Under the pieces are notes generated by a model. The model ran no database searches and was not told the DNA's origin. It worked only from the letters and a program-made list of their open reading frames with translations. From an uncultured delta proteobacterium (GTDB lineage: Bacteria > Desulfobacterota > Binatia > UBA9968): DNA of 64,000 bases. The stretch is taken from NCBI GenBank assembly GCA_963771465.1, contig CAVYTU010000017.1, positions 64,001 to 128,000 on the forward strand, given 5' to 3'. Made by a program: the position numbers and the translations under genes. Position 1 is the first letter of the stretch; each line of letters starts with the position of its first letter. Shown one piece after another: positions 18,994 to 28,746 of this stretch.

Positions 18994-19476
18994 TTACTTC
19001 TTTTCCACTTTCTTTTCGTCCTTCGTTTCGACTTTGGTGTCGGCGGTTTTCTTGGTGTCCTTCTCGGCCGACTTTTTTTCCACCTTGGTATCAATCTTCG
19101 TCTCAGTGCCCTTAGCCTTCTCGTCGGCTTTCGACTTCGCGGCGACTTTTTCCTTGGCTGTATCCGACTTCATCGCGTCGCCTTTGGCTTTGGCGGCCTT
19201 TTCAGGCTTGTCGACGGTCGTCTTGCCCGAGACCGCGATTTGCGATCGAATCTGCTTCATCGTCCCTGGACCGATGCCCTCGACCTTTTCGAGATCTTCG
19301 ACGGTCTTAAAGGCGCCATTTTTCTTGCGGTAATCGATGATCGCCTGGGCTTTCTTGTCGCCGATGCCTTTCAGCGTGGTCAACTCTTCTTTCGTCGCCG
19401 TGTTGATGTTTACCGCCGCAAAGGCCGCTCCGGCGATCGCGAACCACAGTGCCAGTACCAACAATAGTTTTGCCAC
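18994..19476 (-). CDS. comEA: ComEA-like helix-hairpin-helix DNA-binding protein with Lys-rich tail
   Basis: Signal peptide, VNINTAT.EEL..LKGIG.KKAQAIIDYR..NG.F, VEGIGP; K/E/D/T-rich C-terminus. Confidence 0.85.
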   Translation of the reverse strand: MAKLLLVLALWFAIAGAAFAAVNINTATKEELTTLKGIGDKKAQAIIDYRKKNGAFKTVEDLEKVEGIGPGTMKQIRSQIAVSGKTTVDKPEKAAKAKGDAMKSDTAKEKVAAKSKADEKAKGTETKIDTKVEKKSAEKDTKKTADTKVETKDEKKVEKK

Positions 19477-20062
19477 ACGTCTCTCCTTCTTGTTTTTGAC
19501 GGATTCTCCGTCGTTTGGTTTGTTAGACGATTGGCCGCGAGTGGCTATTCAACCGGCGCTTGAAGGACTTTGGAACGGGGTAATAGCCGAGAGCACGGGG
19601 TAAAGTCAAGCTAATTTTGGTCTCAGGCTGAGCCCAATTCATTCGCTCACGATCGTGGGAAGTTCGCAATCCCAAGACACTGGAGCTTGAACATGATCCA
19701 AAAGGGGCCTTTCAGAGGACGCCAGTGCTCGGCCGGGCAGGTCAAAATTTCGATGGCCGTGGTGAATTCTTCCTCATGCTTTTCAGCAAAACTTCGAGCG
19801 TTTGCCCGATCCCCCCAACCCGTGCCGTCGAATGGCTAACAAAGCTCTCTTATGTCAAGTTAGTCGAGGGGAGACAGAATTTTATTGCCTTCGACAACTT
19901 TTCGGGTGGCGGATTTCACCTTCCGGCGCTTGCCGTCATTTGTCGATGACGGATGAACCATCGATGACACACGAGGCTATCGGTTTGGAAAAGTTTGGTC
20001 GATCGCTTAGAGTCGATTTTGACACGGGTATAGAAATCGAATCGTTACTGTTGGGATAGTCG

Positions 20063-21421
20063 GTGTTGCGCTACCGAAGAATATTTTTCCTCGCCGGATT
20101 GGCATATTTGACCTTCATGGTCTATGGAAGTCTTGTTCCCCTGGATTTTCATCACCGACCGTTTGATGCGGCCATACGAGATTTTTCGCGTATACCCTAT
20201 CTCCGACTCGGCATGGACTCGCGCGCCGATTGGGTCGCCAATATTCTATTGTATATTCCCCTGCCCATTCTTTGGCTCAGCTGTCTGAGCCGGGAAAGCC
20301 GGTTTTATCTCCGCGCGATCTGCTCGCTCGCGATTTTCATCTTTTGCGTCGCTCTTAGTCTGGCTATTGAGTTCACACAGTTATTTTTTCCGCCACGAAC
20401 TGTGTCTTTGAACGATATTATCGCCGAAATATTGGGATCCTTTCTCGGCGTCGCACTTTGGTGGGCAAGCGGGAAAACGTTGCGTGGATTGATCGAACCC
20501 GTTTTCGCGCAAGGCCGGCGTGCTGCGTACGCGGGACTTGTTCTTTATGCCGTCGCCTACCTAGCCTTCAGTTTGTTTCCCTATGATTTTTTGATTTCTA
20601 TCGCCGAGATCAAGGCGAAACTCAACGGCGAATATTTTCATTGGTTCGCTTCTTCGGCCAATTGTGGCGGACCTCTTCGGTGCGGTGTGAAGCTGACGGT
20701 CGAAGCGTCGGCAGCGGCACCGCTCGGTTTGTTGCTAGCCCTCACTCTCCGGTATTCATTCGGGCGCTTGATCGGACTTTCGATGTTGATCGGGTTCTGT
20801 TTGGGGTTAACCATCGAAACTTTACAGATCTTGTTGGTATCGGGGCTAACTCTCGGAGCGTCTGTTATTACGCGTGTAGTTGGTGTTGCGGCGGGCGCCG
20901 CAGCAGGATACCTGCTCAAGCAGAACAGTCTTTGGCCGGTACTTTATTTGGTTCGCCCGATTGTACCGGTCGCCGCCATCCTCTATGTGGTGCTACTCGC
21001 TGGGCTGGTAAGCGTCGGCAAGGGGCCAATGCTGACGTTGGAGCAAGGAGTGCGCCGTCTAAATGAAATAAATTACTTGCCCTTTTTCTACCATTACTAC
21101 ACCTCCGAATCGGCGGCGATGACCAGTTTGCTCGGCGTCGTGGCGATGTTTTTACCGATCGGCGTTCAATATTGGATTTGGCGCGTTACCCAATTCCACG
21201 CGTTCCTTGCCCGTGGCGCATTCGCGGCGGCCTTCCTGGGTTGGGTCGTTTGTATGGGCTTGGAATTCTATAAGCTGTTTCTCGCCGGCGCCCGTCCGGA
21301 CCCAACCAATGTCGTGGTGGCAACGTTGGCCACCGCGGCTGGGTTCCTGGGTGCGTCAATCTGTGCCCAAGCGAGTTTAGGTTTACCAGGGTCAAGGAGT
21401 GAGAATGAACTTATCGTTTAG
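20063..21421 (+). CDS. VanZ-family multi-pass membrane protein (repeated VanZ domains)
   Basis: YGSLVP, DWVANILLYIP, IEFTQLF.P.R.VSLNDI, second IETLQ and third LEFYKLF...RPDPTN units. Confidence 0.75.
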   Translation: MLRYRRIFFLAGLAYLTFMVYGSLVPLDFHHRPFDAAIRDFSRIPYLRLGMDSRADWVANILLYIPLPILWLSCLSRESRFYLRAICSLAIFIFCVALSLAIEFTQLFFPPRTVSLNDIIAEILGSFLGVALWWASGKTLRGLIEPVFAQGRRAAYAGLVLYAVAYLAFSLFPYDFLISIAEIKAKLNGEYFHWFASSANCGGPLRCGVKLTVEASAAAPLGLLLALTLRYSFGRLIGLSMLIGFCLGLTIETLQILLVSGLTLGASVITRVVGVAAGAAAGYLLKQNSLWPVLYLVRPIVPVAAILYVVLLAGLVSVGKGPMLTLEQGVRRLNEINYLPFFYHYYTSESAAMTSLLGVVAMFLPIGVQYWIWRVTQFHAFLARGAFAAAFLGWVVCMGLEFYKLFLAGARPDPTNVVVATLATAAGFLGASICAQASLGLPGSRSENELIV

Positions 21422-21445
21422 CGTCGGGTACTGCCAAATCGTCAA

Positions 21446-23332
21446 ATGACTCTTGGAATCATTTCAGCCCGTCTTTTGGCGCTGGTTGTTTTCGCTTCGA
21501 TTGTCCTAGCGATTGTCGATTTTCCGTTCGCCCAGCTTCCGATAACATTTGGCTTGTGCATCTACGCGGCGATTCTCTACCGCTATCCCCAAACATGGCT
21601 GGTAGTGATTCCTGCGTTGTTGCCGGTGCTGGATCTGACTCCATGGTCGGGACGCTTTTTCTTCACGGAATTTGATTTCCTCGTGCTCACAACTTTTGCC
21701 GTTGGGCTTTGGCGGCGAAAAACCTGGGCTTGTCTATCTCACTTATCAGGCGCCTTCAAAATCGCCATTGGGATCATGACGCTGTCTTACCTGGTCAGTA
21801 TGATTGTGGGAATCCTGCCGTTGGAGCCGCTCGATGCCAACGCGTTCGCGAATTACTTCAGCCATTATAATAGCCTTAGGGTCGTAAAGGGTTTTGTCTG
21901 GGCGCTTTGTTTGCTTTACGTCGCGAGATACGGTTTATCCCAGCCGAATGGCGATGCGGAAGAAAAAAGGTTGTTTGCGCTGGGAACGGTTCTCGGCCTA
22001 CTCGCACTCAATTTGGCTGTGCTCTACGAAAGATTTATCTTTTCCGGGATTCTCAATTTCAATACCGATCTTCGCGCCGTCGCCACCTTTTCCGGATTGC
22101 ATAACGGCGGCAACGATATCGAAGCTTATCTGGTGTTCAGCGCGCCGTTCATTGTCGCCTGGGTATTCGATTCACGAGCGTGGGGTCGTTATTTCTTGGG
22201 CACTGCGGTCTTTGTCCTCACGTGTTACGCTCTCTTGGTTACCTTTTCCCGCGGCGGTTATATGGGATTTGTTGTTGCTTGGTTGATTCTCGTTGTTTGT
22301 CTCATGCCGGTAACACGACTACGTTCTGACTCACTCGTTTCTTTCAGAGCTCCTCTCTTTGTTCTCCTGCTAATCATGGTCGGTGGGGCCGTGGCGTTGC
22401 CAATATTCAAAGGTGATTATATTCGGGCACGATTTGCGACGGTCGCCCTGGATTGGCAGAGCCGCGTCGAGCAATTGGAGAATACTTTTCAAAGAATGGA
22501 TTCGGATCTAGTGACTGCGATTTTTGGCATGGGGCTGGGTCGCTTCCCCGCGACCTATATTGCCAAGCAACCGCCAAAAGCCATTCCGACAACGTATACG
22601 TTCGAGAAGGAGTCGGACAACTCATTTCTTCGGATCAAGGCCGCTAGCTCGCTTTATTTCGGCCAATGGATCAAGGTCGAGCCGCACAAAGTTTATGAGT
22701 TGTCGCTGGATCTACGGAACGTTACCCCAAAAGCTTCGTTGAGTGTTGTGATCTGCGAGAAACAGCTTCAACAGTCCTTCCGCTGTCAGTCGATTCCATT
22801 TCACTCCACTGGCAGAGGCGCGTGGGAGCATTTTGAACGGCGCTTCAATATGGACGAAGTAGGAGGAGATATTGGCCGCCTGGCGAAACGTTTTTCTCGT
22901 AGGCCGGTTGAATTAGCGCTCTACGTTGCGACACCTCATAGCGTTTTGGATGTCGACAATGTCAAGTTGGTCGGTGAAACGGGTACAAACCTAGTCTCCA
23001 ATGGAGACTTCTCCAGAGGTCTCGATCGGTGGTTTTTTACCGTCGACGATCTGATGCCCTGGCAATCCTCAAACCACTGGGGTCAGATTTTTTTTGAACA
23101 AGGTTGGTTTGGGCTGATCGGGTTCAACCTATTTATCGGCTGTTTGTTGATACAGTCGATTTCTCAGATTCGCCGCGGTGATTTGTTTGCAGCCGTCGCC
23201 GTCTCCGGAGCCGCAGGCTTCCTCACCGTTGGTTTGTTCGGCAGTCTCTTCGATACGCCGAGGTTGGCGACTTTATTTTTTTTCGGGTCGGTGTTGCCTT
23301 TCTTGCGCAAAGAAACGGTCGCTGTAAACTAA
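21446..23332 (+). CDS. O-antigen ligase/Wzy_C-like membrane protein with inserted carbohydrate-binding-like domain
   Basis: TFSRGGY, GMGLGRF, soluble beta insert ending NLVSNGDFSRG, EQGWFG. Confidence 0.7.
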   Translation: MTLGIISARLLALVVFASIVLAIVDFPFAQLPITFGLCIYAAILYRYPQTWLVVIPALLPVLDLTPWSGRFFFTEFDFLVLTTFAVGLWRRKTWACLSHLSGAFKIAIGIMTLSYLVSMIVGILPLEPLDANAFANYFSHYNSLRVVKGFVWALCLLYVARYGLSQPNGDAEEKRLFALGTVLGLLALNLAVLYERFIFSGILNFNTDLRAVATFSGLHNGGNDIEAYLVFSAPFIVAWVFDSRAWGRYFLGTAVFVLTCYALLVTFSRGGYMGFVVAWLILVVCLMPVTRLRSDSLVSFRAPLFVLLLIMVGGAVALPIFKGDYIRARFATVALDWQSRVEQLENTFQRMDSDLVTAIFGMGLGRFPATYIAKQPPKAIPTTYTFEKESDNSFLRIKAASSLYFGQWIKVEPHKVYELSLDLRNVTPKASLSVVICEKQLQQSFRCQSIPFHSTGRGAWEHFERRFNMDEVGGDIGRLAKRFSRRPVELALYVATPHSVLDVDNVKLVGETGTNLVSNGDFSRGLDRWFFTVDDLMPWQSSNHWGQIFFEQGWFGLIGFNLFIGCLLIQSISQIRRGDLFAAVAVSGAAGFLTVGLFGSLFDTPRLATLFFFGSVLPFLRKETVAVN

Positions 23333-23463
23333 GCCTGCGCGTGGCTCGGGGCGATCGCGCTCTGCGTCGTCGATGGGCGCAATTTTCCGGAAGACGGCGA
23401 GGCGACGAGCGCCCAAATTGAAGTTGTCGAGGCAACCGGCACCCAGCGGGCAAAATTTTTATC

Positions 23464-23979
23464 ATGAAAGATCCCCGACAAGACGCTCGGCAGCTCGTCC
23501 GTCGCTGGAGCGAAGCTCATCAGAGCGCCGTGATCTACGACGATGAAAGCGCCATTCTTCGTGACGTAACGTCCGGTAAAGCGCTAAAGCTCTCATGGCG
23601 TGATGTGAATGCGTTCGAGGAAAAGCTTCATCCAGAAACACACGACACATATATTGCTCTCTTGTTTGAGAATGGCACGCAACTGGCCCTGGTGGATCCC
23701 GGTGGTGTGGCGTTCGCACCAATATTTGACAATTCAGGTCGGTTGGAAGGGCTGCCATCGGTAGTCTGTTTGCGCGACTTCTTTACGCTCAAGCAACGCG
23801 TCGACCATTATCTCCACGACCACCGCGATGAGGAGCCGCCGCGTGAATGTCTCGATCTAGTCATGAGTTGCATTGCGATTCTTGACGGGGCACGGAGAGT
23901 GGGTTTCGATGTCGGCGACTTAGAAGGCGAACTGGAAATCACGCTAGGCGAGCTAGAACGGCGCCGCGACAATGGATGA
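23464..23979 (+). CDS. Hypothetical cytoplasmic protein
   Basis: 171-aa ATG ORF co-oriented with neighbours; beta-rich N-terminus, helical acidic C-terminus. Confidence 0.65.
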   Translation: MKDPRQDARQLVRRWSEAHQSAVIYDDESAILRDVTSGKALKLSWRDVNAFEEKLHPETHDTYIALLFENGTQLALVDPGGVAFAPIFDNSGRLEGLPSVVCLRDFFTLKQRVDHYLHDHRDEEPPRECLDLVMSCIAILDGARRVGFDVGDLEGELEITLGELERRRDNG

Positions 23980-23994
23980 TTCGCAGGGGAAACT

Positions 23995-25281
23995 ATGAGT
24001 CGACGAGTATCATGGCTTAGTGGGGTAACGGTCCTGATTCTAGGCTGCGCCGCAATTGCTTATTTTATTTTTCCAACCTGGATCGGTTTCAGCGTGGCTC
24101 CGCCCAAAGCTGTTAGTTTTGAAGAGCTGACCGGGAGTTTGTTTTTAGGCGTGCCGAAGGAACCGTTTAAGACGCCAGAAGTCCGTGAGCTGGTTATGCC
24201 GACGTTTGACAACGCCACGAGCATCTGGGGATCAACTGGGCGGGATAGACGGGGCCACATCTGGGTTGGCGTGTCCGCTAGCTCGGGGGGTAAAAGCGCG
24301 CACCTCTTTGAATATGTTCCGGATGTAGATACCTGGCATGATCGAGGCTCAGTGATCGACCAACTAAAGGCCGTTTCCTTATTCAGCGAGGGAGAAGGAC
24401 AGATAAAAATCCACTCAAAAATTATTTCTGGCAGCGATGATTGGCTCTACTTCGCGTCTACGGATGAAGAGGGTGAAAGCGTCGACCTCGATAAGCCGCC
24501 GCGATGGGGCGCCCACCTGTGGCGGATTCATCCTGAACGTCACACCTGGCAACATCTGGTGGCGGTACGTGAGGGGCTCGTCGCTGTGAACGGCGTTGGA
24601 CAGTATATTTATGGGCTTGGATACTGGGATCACGTCCTCTATCAATACAATACGGCGAGCGGCAGGGCTAAGCGCGTAGTTGTCGGCTCCACTGGCGGCC
24701 ACGTGTCGCGCAATTTTCTCGCCGATGCGCACGGACACGCGTATGTGCCTCGGCTCAGTGCGGCGCCTAACGGCGCCGTGTCGGTAGCGCTTGTTGAATA
24801 TGACGAGAATCTTAAAGAGATCGGCATCACACCGTTACAATTCTATTTGGACAATGGTTCTCCAGAGTCGAATCATGGAATCGTCGGACTCGCGTATTTG
24901 CCCGACGGCCGCATGGTGTTCACTACGCATGTCGGCCATCTTTACATAATCGAGCCGCATGAGAAGGGGCCTGCGACCGTGACTGCCGCCGGATGGTTTC
25001 ATCCAGACGGCGAGGCCTATGCCCCTGCGCTGTTCTCTTTTGGCGGTAGTAACTGGATCGCCGGTGTGGCGCGACGCCAGAAAGGATTTGAATGGGTGGT
25101 ATCTGATTTGAGCGCGCGCCTAGCAGCGGCCTTTCCAATTGATACCAAGGGACTGCAAAAAGTTTTGCTCTATGGTTCAATCAGCCGCGACAACGCTGGA
25201 CGAGTTTATTTGGGCGGTTGGGCCGAAGGAGAACCCGGCAAACAGCGGCCTCTCATGCTGCAAGTCCAACCGGGCGGTTAG
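23995..25281 (+). CDS. Membrane-anchored beta-propeller-like hypothetical protein
   Basis: N-terminal TM helix; repeated DxxGxxY/W blade motifs (DRRGHIW, DAHGHAY, PDGRMVF, DNAGRVY). Confidence 0.7.
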   Translation: MSRRVSWLSGVTVLILGCAAIAYFIFPTWIGFSVAPPKAVSFEELTGSLFLGVPKEPFKTPEVRELVMPTFDNATSIWGSTGRDRRGHIWVGVSASSGGKSAHLFEYVPDVDTWHDRGSVIDQLKAVSLFSEGEGQIKIHSKIISGSDDWLYFASTDEEGESVDLDKPPRWGAHLWRIHPERHTWQHLVAVREGLVAVNGVGQYIYGLGYWDHVLYQYNTASGRAKRVVVGSTGGHVSRNFLADAHGHAYVPRLSAAPNGAVSVALVEYDENLKEIGITPLQFYLDNGSPESNHGIVGLAYLPDGRMVFTTHVGHLYIIEPHEKGPATVTAAGWFHPDGEAYAPALFSFGGSNWIAGVARRQKGFEWVVSDLSARLAAAFPIDTKGLQKVLLYGSISRDNAGRVYLGGWAEGEPGKQRPLMLQVQPGG

Positions 25282-25369
25282 ATCTTCCATTGGGCGAGGC
25301 ACAGAGTTAGTAATCCGAGCGCGTCGATTCGTGATTTCAGCTAGGGTTCACGAAAGGTAGTTAGAAAAA

Positions 25370-26603
25370 TTGTTGCTTTGTCCGAAATGTGGAGATGAAC
25401 CGGCGGATAGAACAACCTTCCGCTGCACCGCATGCGGCAGTGTTCTCGAAGTTCGGGTCACAATCGATCATCTCACTCGATCCGACTTCGAAGCGATGCG
25501 TCGCAGTCGCGACCTTTCCATCTGGCGTTGGTTCGAGTTTTTTCCCGTCGAAAAACGCTCGTCGATCGTTTCACTGGGCGAAGGGAGCACGCCACTCATC
25601 CACGCGCGGCGGCTAGGCGAGCGAATCGGTGTGCCCAATCTTTACCTAAAAAACGACACAGTCTTACCCACCGGATCGCTCAAGGACCGGAGCAATAGCG
25701 TGGGCATTTCAGTGGGCAAGGAGTTGGGTTTCACGACCGCGAGCGTGATTTCGACCGGTAACGCTGCCGCGTCCGTGGCGGCGTACGCGGCGGCGGCGGG
25801 GATGACGAGCATTGTCATGGTGCCGAAGGGCACGGCGCTGACGAAGATCCTCCAAGCGCGCGCTTACGGCGCGACGGTTATCGTCGTCGACGGCAGGTTC
25901 GATTACGAAGTTGCCGAGCTTTATAAAATAGCCGTCGCCGAATTCGGTTGGTACGATTGTCTTTCGTCCAATCCTTACCGGGTCGGCAAAAAATCCTACG
26001 CTTACGAACTCGTCGACGGGTTCGACGGTGCTATTCCCGATTGGGCGATTCATCCTACCGCCGGCGGCACCGGCATCTTTGCCATGTGGCAAGGCTTCAA
26101 AGAATTCTTATCGCTTGGTTGGATTGACGCGAGCACCGAAATTAGTCGCAGCGCAGAGCGAAGCCGCGGCGCCGTTTGTCGCCGCAATGACGAAAGGCAG
26201 CGCGATCATTGAAGCGGTCGTAGCCAAAGAGACAGTGGCCGAGAGCATTCAAGTCGGCAATCCGGCGGCGCTCGGTTGGCGCGCGCTGGCGGCGTTGCGC
26301 GAATCGAACGGTACGGCGGTTGCGCTGAGCGATGCGGAAATTCTCGAGGCGCAGGCGCAAACCGCGAGCTTGGCGGGAATCTTTGCCGAACCCGCGGCGG
26401 CAACTTCAGTCGCAGCCGCGAAAAGACTGCGTGCCGCCGGGGTGATTAAAATCGATGATGTCGTCGTTTGTAACTTAACCGGCCACGGACTGAAACAGCC
26501 TGAAGCGATACGCTTCGCTGACAATGAGTTTGCGCCGATCGCTCCGACGTTGGCGTCGATAAGGGAACGCATTCGACGGCACGGCGGCGCGGCCGCAGGA
26601 TAG
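25370..26603 (+). pseudogene. Threonine synthase-like PLP enzyme split by a +1 frameshift near 26129
   Basis: Zn-ribbon CxxC, SLGEGSTPL, PTGSLKDR, STGNAA in frame 1; PKLVAAQ, AEPAAA, LTGHGLK in frame 2. Confidence 0.85.
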
Positions 26604-26672
26604 TTCAGCCTTAGCTTGACAGCGAATAATTCGGTGCAATATCGTTCGATCACTCAATCCGGAGGTTCCTCA

Positions 26673-27650
26673 ATGAATCCTATCGACGCTAAAGCGACGG
26701 CGCTCCATATCGCAACTTACTCGGGCTGGTATCGCTTTGAACAGCGGGAAGGACAATGGGAAAAGACCCATAAGGCGCTGACCTTCTGGAAAATGACTTC
26801 GTTGCAAGTCGATCCCGATGACCCCGGCCATATCTATGTCGCGACGGAGCATTCCGGACTCTTTGTCACGCACAATGGTGGCGCGGAATGGCGGCGGGCT
26901 AAGCCGAACGTGCCGCGCTTAACGACCAATGCGCTGCTGGCTTTGCCGGGGATGATTCTCGCGGGCACTTGGCCGGCAGCACTTTATCAGGCGCACAACG
27001 GCAGTGGTTGGCAAGAACTAGACGGCGTGCGCCTTGGCGCTACGGGCGGCAGTTTTCCGCCGAGTCCCGAGCTGAGCGCGCGCGTCCGCTACCTCGCCGC
27101 GGAGAATGAAACACCGCGCCGGCTGTTTGCCGCCATCGAAGTGGGTGGGTTGCTGATTAGCGATGACGACGGTGCGCACTGGACGCAAGTAACGGCAGGA
27201 CTAGACGACCCGGATGTGCACCAGATTCTTGCGAGTTCGCGGCACAAGGGAGTTGTCATCGCGGTTTGCGGCGAGGGCGTTTATCGCAGCGCCGATCGCG
27301 GCGATCATTGGCAAAAGATTACGCCGAACGGCGCGCGCACCTTTGGTTCGTCGGTCACTGAGGATGGCACGGGGACGATTTATCTCGGGATCGCTTTGGA
27401 TCGGCCCAACGCCTGGCTCCGTCAAGAACGGGCAAACGCGGCGCTTTTTGTCAGCAAAGATGGCGGCACGCGTTGGGACGCAGCAATCGAAGGAGTCGAC
27501 GGCGGCATCATGGCGATGTGTGGTGGAATTTCCGTTAATGGTGTTTTCGCCTCGACATCGGAAGGTGACGTCTTTCGAGTTGACGATTCCGGCGCGCGCA
27601 GAATCATCAGCGGATTGCCTGCGATCACGGCAATCGCTGTCGGTGCGTGA
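26673..27650 (+). CDS. BNR/Asp-box repeat beta-propeller protein
   Basis: Asp-boxes THNGGAEW, SDDDGAHW, SADRGDHW, SKDGGTRW; GGAGG RBS before ATG 26673; no signal peptide. Confidence 0.8.
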   Translation: MNPIDAKATALHIATYSGWYRFEQREGQWEKTHKALTFWKMTSLQVDPDDPGHIYVATEHSGLFVTHNGGAEWRRAKPNVPRLTTNALLALPGMILAGTWPAALYQAHNGSGWQELDGVRLGATGGSFPPSPELSARVRYLAAENETPRRLFAAIEVGGLLISDDDGAHWTQVTAGLDDPDVHQILASSRHKGVVIAVCGEGVYRSADRGDHWQKITPNGARTFGSSVTEDGTGTIYLGIALDRPNAWLRQERANAALFVSKDGGTRWDAAIEGVDGGIMAMCGGISVNGVFASTSEGDVFRVDDSGARRIISGLPAITAIAVGA

Positions 27651-27671
27651 ATCCTCTAGAAACTTTTCGAG

Positions 27672-28715
27672 TTATTTCCGCGCGATTTCCTGCAGTGTCT
27701 TGTGCCACCGTTCGACGGTGTTGGCGTATTCATAACTGCTCATACCCTGTTCGGGATACCAGCGTTTGAAGCCATACTCTTTGCGCGCGCCGCCGTAGCC
27801 GAGTTTGTCGACGAGCAGTTTCTGTCCGTCCGGACCGATCAGAAAATCGATGAACAACAGGGCGGCGTTGGGGCGCGGCGTAGTCGCTAGGATCGCGACG
27901 TTGCCGGCATTGACCGGGACCAAATCCATCGGCAGCCAGCTCACCGGCGCGCCGCGCGCTGCCGCTAGTCTCACGTTGCTATCGACTGCGGTAAACGTCA
28001 GCGGCACTTCGCCCGATACGACCAGTTCATTCAAGCCGAGCGCCGGTATGCTGTAAAGTTTACTTTCCTGAGCCGCGAGTCTTTTGAGGAACGCTTCACC
28101 CTTGGCTCGCAGCATGGCACCGATCACGCGCGCGCCGATCTCTTCGCCGCTGATGCCCATCTTGCCTTTGAGCGACGGCTTGAGCAGGTCGTCAAAATTT
28201 TTCGGCACGTCGGCTTCGCGAATCGCAGTGCGATTGTAGCCGACGCCGGGATAAGACTCACGATCGACGGTGGCGTAAACCAAACCGCCGGGCGCCTTCT
28301 CTTTCGAGCCGTCGGGAAAGTCGGCCAAATGCGGCGAGTGATAGGGCAGGAGTAACTTGTTGTCGCGCAAGAGCATGATCGCGCCGGGCGTGGTTTCAAT
28401 CGCATCGGCGAGATAACGGCGCGCGGAACTTTCGCCCAGGATGCGCGTTGCTAAATTGGTCGCCGGAGCGCGATAGAATTCCACGTTCACCCCCGGGTAT
28501 TTCGTTTCGAACGCCTTAGCGACTTCTTTATAGGTGCTTAACGAGGTGTACCAAACGAGCTTGCCTTCCTTCTTGGCGCCGTCATGGAGCAACCGCTCGC
28601 GATCGGCGCCGGAATATTTTGCTAATTCGACAGCAGTGGATGGACGGGGAGTTTGGCACCAGCCTTTTGCACCGACACTGGCAATGAGGATCATGGCGAT
28701 AACTAACTTCGTCAT
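27672..28715 (-). CDS. ABC solute-binding protein (Fe3+/polyamine/thiamine-type)
   Basis: Signal peptide, AKKEGKLVWYTS, YN...PK.FDDLLKP, PRPNAALLFIDF. Confidence 0.85.
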   Translation of the reverse strand: MTKLVIAMILIASVGAKGWCQTPRPSTAVELAKYSGADRERLLHDGAKKEGKLVWYTSLSTYKEVAKAFETKYPGVNVEFYRAPATNLATRILGESSARRYLADAIETTPGAIMLLRDNKLLLPYHSPHLADFPDGSKEKAPGGLVYATVDRESYPGVGYNRTAIREADVPKNFDDLLKPSLKGKMGISGEEIGARVIGAMLRAKGEAFLKRLAAQESKLYSIPALGLNELVVSGEVPLTFTAVDSNVRLAAARGAPVSWLPMDLVPVNAGNVAILATTPRPNAALLFIDFLIGPDGQKLLVDKLGYGGARKEYGFKRWYPEQGMSSYEYANTVERWHKTLQEIARK

Positions 28716-28746
28716 TATGCGTCTCCCGCGTTATTGACTGCGTGAC

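Noticed and set aside
19477-20062. Short ORFs or an ops/JUMPstart element upstream of the VanZ gene
   Set aside because: The ORFs have no RBS or recognisable features, and no GGCGGTAG ops match is present.
26100-26140. Programmed ribosomal frameshift in the threonine synthase-like gene
   Set aside because: No slippery heptamer or obvious stimulatory structure at the shift point, and a second apparent lesion lies upstream.
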